Source of the DNA: a virus
IMG/VR virus record: IMGVR_UViG_3300030060_005695
DNA: 64,000 bases
Strand: one strand, 5' to 3'
The notes beneath the pieces are model-generated. The model saw only the letters and a program-made list of their open reading frames with translations. It searched no databases and was not told where the DNA came from. The translations under genes and the position numbers were made by a program. This document shows positions 50,137 through 58,020 of this stretch, piece by piece (position 1 is the stretch's first letter; every line of letters begins with the position of its first letter).

Positions 50137-51549
50137 ATGGCCTTTAACTTTAAGGAAATCTTAACTAATTTAATTATTGAGGACAGTCGTTACGATGTTC
50201 TCATGAAAAAGTACACCCAACCAAAAAAGAAAGGTAAGAAAGCTCAAATGGATAAGGATTTATTAATAGACCTTATGCAAGCAGACCCGACCACTAAAGG
50301 TGATTTTGATGGAGATAGAGATACTAGAGATGTTACTAAAGTAGGAGCTTATACTAACTGGTTAATTAAACAATGGTTAGGCTTACAACAAAAGGCAGAC
50401 GCAGAACACGACTATGGGACACCAGAATGGACTCAAAAGTTGGAGAGACTACAAGAATTATTTATGGAAGACCTTTATAAGGTAACTGAAGACTTAGAAA
50501 AATTCCATTACCTAAAGAAAACAAAAAAATATAAAGGACAAAAAGATATAGGACAAATAAAATCCGTAGATGACTTATATGACAATGTAAAAGACTATCA
50601 AGTCAGTAAGGATGAGATAACTAAGACTAAAGCAGAAAGACTAAGAGATGATGTTGATAAAGTTTATGAAGATGATAAATGGTTAATCTTAGTACCTAAA
50701 TCTAAAGAAGCTTCGTGTCATTACGGTGGTGGACAAACTAGATGGTGTACGGCCTCTAAGAGTAGTAATTATTATGACCACTATTCTAAACAAGGTCCTC
50801 TATATATGATGATGTATAAGGAAGATGCCGGTAAAGCCCCAGCTGAAAATAGAAGTCATCAGTTCCACTTTGAAAGTAATTCATTTTATAATGCAGAGGA
50901 TAGAAGTATTGATTTAGGTTCGTTCTTTGCAACATATCCTGAACTTAAACCATTCTTTAAAGAAAAGTTTGCAACGTTTATGGGTAAAGATTATGGTAAA
51001 CAAGTACAATTAAGATACCCTAATGATACAGCATCTAAATATATTTCTATTTATGGTTTTGATGAGTTCTTTGAAGCTTTACCAGAAACCTTAGAGAGAC
51101 TAGATATTGAGATATCAAATAATAGAGGGTACGGTCAAAAAGACCAAAAAACACCAGCTTTTAGATTACCAGATGATATTACAAGATTTAAAAATTTAGA
51201 AATGTTACACATTGAAGGTATGTTAAGTGAGTTACCAGATGAGGTAGGTGAGTTAAAAAACTTACAATTTATATCCATACCTAACAACCCTAATTTAGTG
51301 CACATTCCAGAAGCGATAGCTAATCTACCAAACCTAGAAGTACTAAATGTTAAAAATAATAGTAAAATGGTTATACCACACAAAATTATGGAAAAAGCAG
51401 CTTGTGGTGAACTAGTACTAATTAAAACACAACCCGACCAGTCCTTTGGAGTTGGAGAATGTCAAAATGGACAAAAAGTAGTAGTTAATTACGTTGATAA
51501 ACAGGGTGATTACAAGACTGCTGAAGAAGCAGAAGCTTCGATACAGTAA
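50137..51549 (+). CDS. Leucine-rich repeat protein with WCTA-motif domain
   Basis: ASCHYG..TRWCTA; LPDDITRFKNLEML / LPDEVGELKNLQFI / IPEAIANLPNLEVL repeats. Confidence 0.75.
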   Translation: MAFNFKEILTNLIIEDSRYDVLMKKYTQPKKKGKKAQMDKDLLIDLMQADPTTKGDFDGDRDTRDVTKVGAYTNWLIKQWLGLQQKADAEHDYGTPEWTQKLERLQELFMEDLYKVTEDLEKFHYLKKTKKYKGQKDIGQIKSVDDLYDNVKDYQVSKDEITKTKAERLRDDVDKVYEDDKWLILVPKSKEASCHYGGGQTRWCTASKSSNYYDHYSKQGPLYMMMYKEDAGKAPAENRSHQFHFESNSFYNAEDRSIDLGSFFATYPELKPFFKEKFATFMGKDYGKQVQLRYPNDTASKYISIYGFDEFFEALPETLERLDIEISNNRGYGQKDQKTPAFRLPDDITRFKNLEMLHIEGMLSELPDEVGELKNLQFISIPNNPNLVHIPEAIANLPNLEVLNVKNNSKMVIPHKIMEKAACGELVLIKTQPDQSFGVGECQNGQKVVVNYVDKQGDYKTAEEAEASIQ

Positions 51550-51575
51550 AATCGTTAAATTTAAAAACATTATTT

Positions 51576-51764
51576 ATGGAAAATTTTCTATTAAGTTTAG
51601 ATAGAAAAAAGCAAATCAAAATGCTAGAAGACGCATTAAAAGAGGATAGGTTCGATATATTTACAACCCTATCAAAAGTATTATTGGATGCACCTTTAGA
51701 TAAAGGAGGTATACCAACTGAAGTAATTGAGGACCTATTTAAAAAATACCAAAAAACTTACTAA
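51576..51764 (+). CDS. Hypothetical protein
   Basis: 62 aa ORF. Confidence 0.55.
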   Translation: MENFLLSLDRKKQIKMLEDALKEDRFDIFTTLSKVLLDAPLDKGGIPTEVIEDLFKKYQKTY

Positions 51765-51820
51765 CTCTTCTTGTCTAAACACAAAATTTATTATATACTT
51801 ATACTGAGTTAAAGACACAT

Positions 51821-51890
51821 GCGGGTGTAGCTTAATGAAAAGCGGCATACATTCCAGTAGGTAGATGGTGATTCGTTTCACCCACCCGCT
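51821..51890 (+). tRNA. Atypical tRNA-Gly(TCC)-like RNA
   Basis: Acceptor GCGGGTG/CACCCGC + T73, D stem GCTT/AAGC, T stem GGTGA/TCACC, TCC in the anticodon loop; loops non-canonical; no encoded CCA. Confidence 0.7.
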
Positions 51891-51909
51891 CTAAAATTTA
51901 AAAATAATT

Positions 51910-52197
51910 ATGGCAAAAGTAAGAAAACACGGACAAACCAGTAGAAGTACAAGAAGAAAAGCTGCGGAACTTAGACAAGAGTATTATAATAGTTTAACAC
52001 CCCAACAAAAATTAGATAGGTTACCTATTAATGGTGAATCAAAAAAAGAAATTAAAAGATTGACACATCTAATAAAATTTGGTAGAAAACTAAATGAAGC
52101 AGCGACACCTTCTAAAACTAAAAAATTAAAAGATGCTAAACCATCAAGAAAAGAAAGGTGGGAAGCTAAACAGAAAATAAATAATAAAAATAATTAA
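51910..52197 (+). CDS. Highly basic hypothetical protein
   Basis: 95 aa, K/R-rich, YNSLTPQQKLDRL. Confidence 0.6.
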   Translation: MAKVRKHGQTSRSTRRKAAELRQEYYNSLTPQQKLDRLPINGESKKEIKRLTHLIKFGRKLNEAATPSKTKKLKDAKPSRKERWEAKQKINNKNN

Positions 52198-52211
52198 AAA
52201 AAAAGAAAATT

Positions 52212-52448
52212 ATGAATTTACAAGTATACACCTTTTTAAAATCACAGGCTGAAGCAGATAAAAACAAAGCATTAGCTAGTTTACATTTATTAACTAATCA
52301 CCCAGCAGGGATAGGTGACCACTCAACTAAAGACTATTGGGATAATTGTAACGAAGCAATTAGATTACTAGCTTCAGCAGATGAAAGGTTGGAGACACTA
52401 GAAAGATATTTTACTAAACCTACAGAAACAACAAGTACAGAAGAGTAG
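52212..52448 (+). CDS. Conserved small phage protein (GIGxH motif)
   Basis: LLTNHPAGIGDHST...LASADERLETL. Confidence 0.65.
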   Translation: MNLQVYTFLKSQAEADKNKALASLHLLTNHPAGIGDHSTKDYWDNCNEAIRLLASADERLETLERYFTKPTETTSTEE

Positions 52449-52468
52449 TAAAATATATAACTAGAAAC

Positions 52469-52497
52469 TTGACAGACAAAAAAAATTAATATATAAT
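52469..52497 (+). promoter_or_regulatory. Promoter upstream of the TROVE gene
   Basis: TTGACA-N17-TATAAT; also fits TTG-N20-TA spacing. Confidence 0.55.
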
Positions 52498-52529
52498 TAA
52501 AGAACGTTTTAAACTTTAAAAAGATAACT

Positions 52530-53963
52530 ATGAATCTAATCGACGCTTTACAAACAAAAGACACACTGACAGAAAATGGTATGAGTACAAACTCATCCTC
52601 TTTAAATCACTGTGTCAATCTTTTTTTCCAAATCGGAGCAATGCGAGGTATGGATAAGAAGAGACTACTCGCCAAAGTCTCTAAAGCGTTTAATGAAGAC
52701 CCTCTCACAACAATTAAAATTATTTTTTGGACACGTGATGTCCGTGGTGGAGCTGGTGAGAGACAAATCTTCAGAGATTGTTTATTATGGTTATGTGACA
52801 ACCACAGAAATGTACTTAATAAAAACATTCACTTAATTAGTGAATACGGTAGATGGGATGATGTATTAACATTAGTGGGTACAATGAATTGTTGGGAATC
52901 TGCTTTACACATAATTAAAACTGCGTTAGACAAACAAGATGGGTTATGTGCAAAGTGGATGCCAAGAAAAGGACCAAAAGCGAATATTATTCGTAGGTAT
53001 TTAAAATTGTCACCCAAACAATATCGTAAGTTATTAGTAGGACTTACAAATGTGGTTGAAACCAAGATGTGTGCAAAGGACTGGTCAAGTATCGAGTATT
53101 CGAAACTTCCGTCCCTAGCATCGTCAAGGTATCAGAAAACTTTCATGAAGAATGACGAGGAGAGGTATGAGGAGTACAAAAGAGCTTTAGTTGATGGTAA
53201 AACTACCATCAACTCTGGAGCTATATACCCTTATGACATTACTAAATCCATTAAATATGGTGGAGAAAAGGATGTTGCACAAGCACAATGGGAGTCTCTT
53301 CCAAATTACATGGAAGGAATTAGTGAAAGAGTGTTACCTGTAGTTGATACCTCAGGTTCAATGACTACATCAGCAGGAAATAACGGTAAAGTTACTTGTA
53401 TGGATGTGTCAACATCATTGGGTCTGTATATCTCAGAGAGAAACGAAGGTGTATTCAAAAACACATTCATAACCTTCTCTTCGAGACCACAACTACAATT
53501 ACTTGAAGGTTCGTTAGCCGATAGGTTAGACCAACTGGAGAGAGCAGATTGGGGAATGAATACTGATTTAAAAGCAACGTTTGAGTTAATCTTGGACCAA
53601 GCAGTAAAACATAATGTTCCACTATCACAGATGCCAACCAAAGTTCTTGTCCTTTCGGATATGGAGTTTGATGAAGCAATTGGTAGTAGAATGTATGATA
53701 TATCAGATTGGAATCCAACTGCACAAGAAATGATTAAAGGGATGTATGAGGAAGCTGGTTACGAAATGCCAGGAATTGTTTACTGGAATATCCAAAGTAG
53801 ACAAGACAATGTACCAACTCGTTTCGACGAGATGGGAACAGCATTAGTATCAGGATTCTCACCCTCAATCATGAAAAGTATTTTAAGCTGTGAGGAACTT
53901 ACTCCTTATAATATGATGATGGAGACTATTGGGTCCGCTCGATACGAATCTATTACGGTCTAA
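52530..53963 (+). CDS. DUF2828 family TROVE/Ro60-like protein with C-terminal vWA domain
   Basis: TENG, RDVRGGAGER, EYGRWDD, AKWMPR, VVDTSGSM (MIDAS), WGMNTD, LSDMEFD, VSGFS. Confidence 0.88.
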   Translation: MNLIDALQTKDTLTENGMSTNSSSLNHCVNLFFQIGAMRGMDKKRLLAKVSKAFNEDPLTTIKIIFWTRDVRGGAGERQIFRDCLLWLCDNHRNVLNKNIHLISEYGRWDDVLTLVGTMNCWESALHIIKTALDKQDGLCAKWMPRKGPKANIIRRYLKLSPKQYRKLLVGLTNVVETKMCAKDWSSIEYSKLPSLASSRYQKTFMKNDEERYEEYKRALVDGKTTINSGAIYPYDITKSIKYGGEKDVAQAQWESLPNYMEGISERVLPVVDTSGSMTTSAGNNGKVTCMDVSTSLGLYISERNEGVFKNTFITFSSRPQLQLLEGSLADRLDQLERADWGMNTDLKATFELILDQAVKHNVPLSQMPTKVLVLSDMEFDEAIGSRMYDISDWNPTAQEMIKGMYEEAGYEMPGIVYWNIQSRQDNVPTRFDEMGTALVSGFSPSIMKSILSCEELTPYNMMMETIGSARYESITV

Positions 53964-54079
53964 TGGGTAGACCAAAGAATCTCTTCGGCAAATTAAACTA
54001 ACAAAGAGAGAGAGGTGGACATTATCCCCCACCTTAACGATAAAATAAACTAGGGATAAAAAATGATTCTGACTACCCA
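53964..54079 (+). ncRNA. Candidate structured RNA with pseudoknot directly after the TROVE gene
   Basis: TGGGTAG/CTACCCA and AGAATC/GATTCT closing stems; AGGTGG/CCACCT hairpin whose loop TTATCCC pairs with downstream GGGATAA. Confidence 0.6.
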
Positions 54080-54120
54080 AAAGATTAAAATTCTTCACCC
54101 CAGGGTGATTTTTATATGAA

Positions 54121-54175
54121 AGGAAGATTACTGCAATCTTTACAATTACTAAAATTAAATTGAAACCTCTTCCTG
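54121..54175 (+). ncRNA. Second candidate RNA sharing the AG-stem/TT(A)CnGCAA/stem-CTG motif
   Basis: AGGAAGA/TCTTCCT+G stem enclosing TTACTGCAA. Confidence 0.45.
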
Positions 54176-54213
54176 AGAATCCTCGTATTTAACCATACGG
54201 GGATTTTTCTTTT
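54176..54213 (+). terminator. Rho-independent terminator
   Basis: AATCCTCGTAT-TTAACC-ATACGGGGATT followed by T run. Confidence 0.75.
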
Positions 54214-54241
54214 ATGAGAATTTTTTCTATATTTATTATAT

Positions 54242-54802
54242 ATGAGAAAGTTATTAACAATATTACTAATGGTGTTGTCGTTTACATCCTATTCACAATG
54301 TGTAATTAATCAGTCACATGTTATATCTCCAGCTGGTCCTTATTCTCCAGGACAAACTGTGACAGTGTGGTATACACTACAAGATTATACCGGGATAAAT
54401 ATAAACTGGATACATGCCATCCAAATCAATCTAGGAATTGGGTGGGTGAACCTAACACCAACACAAGCTCCAGGTAATCCATTAGGCTCAACAGGTAATT
54501 GGTTGTGGGATTTACAACATACATACCCCGGAGGGTTTAACTTTGGGCCAGGTTGGAGATTTGTTAATGCAGGAACAGCTGGATGGGGAACCAGTTCTAA
54601 CGGTCCATTTATCACTAGTTTTCAAATAACAGTTGGACAAACATGTACAAACGAAGATTTAAGTATTAGTATAGAGGTTTTCGATGATTGTACAACAGGA
54701 GGTTGGGCTAACGGAAATTGTTGTAACGACCCAGCATATCAAATATACAACGGAACCGTTCAAGTAGTGATACCCACTACATCGAACATAAATCATTATT
54801 AA
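54242..54802 (+). CDS. Secreted beta-rich protein
   Basis: Signal peptide ending YSQ; C-terminus PTTSNINHY. Confidence 0.75.
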   Translation: MRKLLTILLMVLSFTSYSQCVINQSHVISPAGPYSPGQTVTVWYTLQDYTGININWIHAIQINLGIGWVNLTPTQAPGNPLGSTGNWLWDLQHTYPGGFNFGPGWRFVNAGTAGWGTSSNGPFITSFQITVGQTCTNEDLSISIEVFDDCTTGGWANGNCCNDPAYQIYNGTVQVVIPTTSNINHY

Positions 54803-54813
54803 AAAAATAAATT

Positions 54814-55353
54814 ATGAAAAGAATTTTAACAGTTTTATTAATCCTAATAGGATTAACGACTTACGGTCAAACAACAATCAACCCAGACACAGTATGTGCA
54901 AACGCAGTAGGTGAACAGTATTTTGTTACTAATACCCCTACATCAACTTATAACTGGACTATCACAGGTGGTGGTGGTGTTTTACAAACAGGACAAGGAA
55001 CCAATTCAATCACAGTAGATTGGGGAGGTGTTAGTGGACTTTTTCCAAACGCTGTTGAAGTTATTGAAACCAATGCAGCCAACTGTCCTGGAACACCCGT
55101 ATTATTAGATGTGTTTGTACTAGATTTAAATGGGAATGCAATTGGACCATTCTGTCCAGGAGACCCAACAACTCCATTAGTAGGAACACCAGCAGGTGGA
55201 ACATGGTCAGGAACAGGTGTAGTAGCAAATTCATTCCAACCATCAACAGGGGTGGGGAATTACGTATTAACTTATTCTATGGCTGGTTGTAACACAACAA
55301 TAAATGTGGTCGTTAATAACGGACCAGTTACAGGACCAATCCAACACTACTAA
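54814..55353 (+). CDS. Secreted PKD-like domain protein
   Basis: Signal peptide ending YGQ; STYNWTITGG...GQGTNSITVDW; GTPAGGTWSGTGV; ends PVTGPIQHY. Confidence 0.8.
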   Translation: MKRILTVLLILIGLTTYGQTTINPDTVCANAVGEQYFVTNTPTSTYNWTITGGGGVLQTGQGTNSITVDWGGVSGLFPNAVEVIETNAANCPGTPVLLDVFVLDLNGNAIGPFCPGDPTTPLVGTPAGGTWSGTGVVANSFQPSTGVGNYVLTYSMAGCNTTINVVVNNGPVTGPIQHY

Positions 55354-55354
55354 T

Positions 55355-55885
55355 ATGAGATGGTTAGTATATATACTACTACCACTTCAATTATTTGCTC
55401 AAGAAACTTACACTAATTGTGAGGGGATAGCACCACAAAATTATCAAGTAAGTTATGATGCGGATAAGGTATATTATTGGGATATAATAGGTGGAGAAAT
55501 ACTATACAATAATAATAATTCTATTACTGTACAATGGCCTGATTCTATAGGTACCTATATTTTATCGGTACACACAACTAGATTTGGTTGTGAAGGAGAT
55601 ACATCCTACCATGAAGTAATTGTGGAGGATTGTCCTTATCTACAAATATTTGTGCCTAACTCGTTCACACCAAACCAGGACGATTACAATGAAACATTTT
55701 ATGTTCACGGTGCTGATAAAGACGATATAGAGTTAATGGTTATATATAATAGATGGGGTGAAGTGATATATCAAACAACAGATAACATTCCATGGGATGG
55801 AAAGAATTGCCAGGTAGGGGTCTACACATACTCGATTAGGACACACAACCAACATTATACAGGACACGTTACTTTGATAAGGTAG
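55355..55885 (+). CDS. Secreted PKD-like protein with T9SS type B (gliding-motility/CHU_C) sorting domain
   Basis: IFVPNSFTPNQDDYNETF, IYNRWGEVIY, WDG, GVYTY, GHVTLIR; signal peptide ending FAQ. Confidence 0.9.
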   Translation: MRWLVYILLPLQLFAQETYTNCEGIAPQNYQVSYDADKVYYWDIIGGEILYNNNNSITVQWPDSIGTYILSVHTTRFGCEGDTSYHEVIVEDCPYLQIFVPNSFTPNQDDYNETFYVHGADKDDIELMVIYNRWGEVIYQTTDNIPWDGKNCQVGVYTYSIRTHNQHYTGHVTLIR

Positions 55886-55991
55886 TTTGAACTTGTAAGA
55901 TTTTGAAAATCAAAAATAATCTAATAGTGGACAATCTTAATTATTTTTTCTATTTATTATATGAAATAATAATTAAATTAAAAATTAAAAA

Positions 55992-56783
55992 ATGAAAAGA
56001 ATTTTATTAGCACTATTAGTCTTGCTTGGACTACAAACACAAGCACAAATCAATCTTTGTGACTCAATGACTGCATCGGGAGCACAAACTCAGCTAGTAC
56101 TCCAAGTTAATAATGCAAATACATTTATTGATTATTGGTGTACAAATTCCACATGTGGTTCATTACTAGGAGAGGATAGTATGAGTTTATATCATAATGT
56201 ATATAACTCAAACCTTCATGATACAATTGTTACTTGTATTACTTATGGTATGGGAGCCACTAATACATGTTGTGTAACCTGGATATGGGATGCAAATATG
56301 TGGTTAAAAATGAGTATGCAACAACAACCTTATTTTTGTTGTGACTCAATAACATACTGGACAGACCAAAGTCAAGGATTAACTGTTGGTCTTGATACAA
56401 CAAACATGGTTCATAATCCTGACTCTATGACAGTATACTGGGGAGTATGTACTGGATATGCAGGAGCTGGTATATGTTATGCAGGAAATGGTATAAGTGA
56501 TTATTTTCCTCAAGTCACAACATCAGATACAATAAAGGTTGGTTATGATGTGTCTATTTACGAAAATGGTTCAGTAGAATACTGTAGTATGGAAGAATGG
56601 TTAATATTTGACCAAAACACATATTCATGGGTATTACTTAATATGTTACCAACTTCAATAAATGAATTAACATTTAATAGAAGTAATGATGGTAAAATTT
56701 ATGATTTACTAGGTAGAGAATTAACTGAAATACCAGTAGGTAAATTATATATTAGAAATCAAAAATTATATATTACTAGATAA
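55992..56783 (+). CDS. Secreted protein with short T9SS type A-like C-terminal domain
   Basis: Signal peptide ending QAQ; TSINE...KIYDLLGREL...GKLYIRNQKLYI. Confidence 0.75.
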   Translation: MKRILLALLVLLGLQTQAQINLCDSMTASGAQTQLVLQVNNANTFIDYWCTNSTCGSLLGEDSMSLYHNVYNSNLHDTIVTCITYGMGATNTCCVTWIWDANMWLKMSMQQQPYFCCDSITYWTDQSQGLTVGLDTTNMVHNPDSMTVYWGVCTGYAGAGICYAGNGISDYFPQVTTSDTIKVGYDVSIYENGSVEYCSMEEWLIFDQNTYSWVLLNMLPTSINELTFNRSNDGKIYDLLGRELTEIPVGKLYIRNQKLYITR

Positions 56784-56805
56784 TAGTTACCACTATAAAA
56801 TAATT

Positions 56806-56837
56806 AAACCGAAACTTAAAACTTTCGGTTTTTTTTT
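56806..56837 (+). terminator. Rho-independent terminator
   Basis: AAACCGAAA/TTTCGGTTT hairpin plus T run. Confidence 0.75.
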
Positions 56838-56850
56838 ATATATTTGTAAT

Positions 56851-57756
56851 ATGAACTTAGGATATGCTTGTATAAACATGACACTTGGGGGACAGAAACC
56901 CAAGATTACTACTAATAGGTCTATGATTAAAAAAACCTTTATAGATAGGGGTATAGACTATGCGGGAGAACTTTCCCTACTTAATTCCAGAGATTTATGT
57001 GAAATAGTAAAATGGAATGTAGAGAACGGAATTAATTTTTTTAGAATCTCTTCCGATATTTTTCCTTGGGCGTCAGAATACAACATAGAAGACCTACCTC
57101 AATATCAAAGAATCAAGACTGTTCTTTCTAGTTGTGGTAATTACGCTAGAGATAATGGTGTTAGATTAACTTCACACCCAGGACCATTTAATGTCCTGGT
57201 TTCACCCCGAGAACATGTGGTACAAAATACAATAACGGACCTAACCAACCACGGTAAGGTATTTGATTTACTGGGACTAGATAGAACACCATACAATAAA
57301 ATCAATATACATTGTAATGGTGTATATGGGGATAAACAATCTGCTCTAGATAGATTCTGTAAAAACTTTGAGTTACTTCCTGAATCAGTACAGACACGTC
57401 TTACAGTTGAAAATGATGATAAGGCAACTATGTACTCAGTAAAAGACTTAATGTATATACATGAACGTATTGGTATTCCTATTGTATTTGATTATCACCA
57501 CCATAAGTTTTGTACGGGTGACATGACAGAACAAGAAGCCCTTGAGTTAGCCATCTCTACATGGCCTAAAGGTATAACACCAGTGGTGCATTATTCAGAG
57601 TCCAAAGCTTTACACGAAAGTAATGATAAATTAAAACCACAAGCACACTCAGACTACATAAATGACCTACCAAATACATATGGTAATAAGGTAGATATTA
57701 TGGTGGAATCTAAAGCAAAAGAATTGTCTATTTTACCTCACATAAATTTAATATAG
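56851..57756 (+). CDS. uvsE: UV damage endonuclease
   Basis: LGYACIN, FFRISSD, RLTSHPG, RLTVENDD, VFDYHHH, HYSES, AHSDY, MVESKAKE. Confidence 0.95.
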   Translation: MNLGYACINMTLGGQKPKITTNRSMIKKTFIDRGIDYAGELSLLNSRDLCEIVKWNVENGINFFRISSDIFPWASEYNIEDLPQYQRIKTVLSSCGNYARDNGVRLTSHPGPFNVLVSPREHVVQNTITDLTNHGKVFDLLGLDRTPYNKINIHCNGVYGDKQSALDRFCKNFELLPESVQTRLTVENDDKATMYSVKDLMYIHERIGIPIVFDYHHHKFCTGDMTEQEALELAISTWPKGITPVVHYSESKALHESNDKLKPQAHSDYINDLPNTYGNKVDIMVESKAKELSILPHINLI

Positions 57757-57806
57757 ATTTAACGATTTCTTAACATTGAATGCTCCAACTAATCCTATTT
57801 ATTAGT

Positions 57807-57890
57807 ATGGAACAAGAAGTAAAAAAAATAGACATAGCCCCAATTATTTACATTGTATTAATGGTTGTGGTTTTTAGTTTAGCGTTATAA
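57807..57890 (+). CDS. 27 aa hydrophobic peptide (not in ORF track)
   Basis: MEQEVKKIDIAPIIYIVLMVVVFSLAL, preceded by TATTTAT. Confidence 0.5.
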   Translation: MEQEVKKIDIAPIIYIVLMVVVFSLAL

Positions 57891-57949
57891 CATTAGTAGG
57901 TCTCAGTATACGGAGGTTCAACAACCATAAGGGTTCTGAAAATGTTGTT

Positions 57950-57972
57950 AGAGGTTCATACCTCTTTTTTTA
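57950..57972 (+). terminator. Rho-independent terminator
   Basis: AGAGGT-TCAT-ACCTCT plus T run. Confidence 0.7.
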
Positions 57973-57982
57973 TGCCTTATTG

Positions 57983-58014
57983 TTTGGTCACTTCTTTAAT
58001 TTTTCTTATCTTTG
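57983..58014 (+). promoter_or_regulatory. Consensus Bacteroidota sigmaA promoter
   Basis: TTTG-N20-TATCTTTG. Confidence 0.75.
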
Positions 58015-58020
58015 TACTAT

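Noticed and set aside
54095-54114. TCACC-CCAG-GGTGA hairpin as a separate ncRNA
   Set aside because: Short; more plausibly a weak terminator or processing site between the two TROVE-associated RNAs
54242-56783. Host contamination as the source of the T9SS-cargo genes
   Set aside because: Preceded by the same TATTTAT element as phage genes and flanked by phage-type genes; still worth confirming by read mapping
57950-57972. AGAGGTTC resembling a preQ1-I riboswitch start
   Set aside because: Loop is too short and is followed by a T run rather than the A-rich tail; it fits a simple terminator
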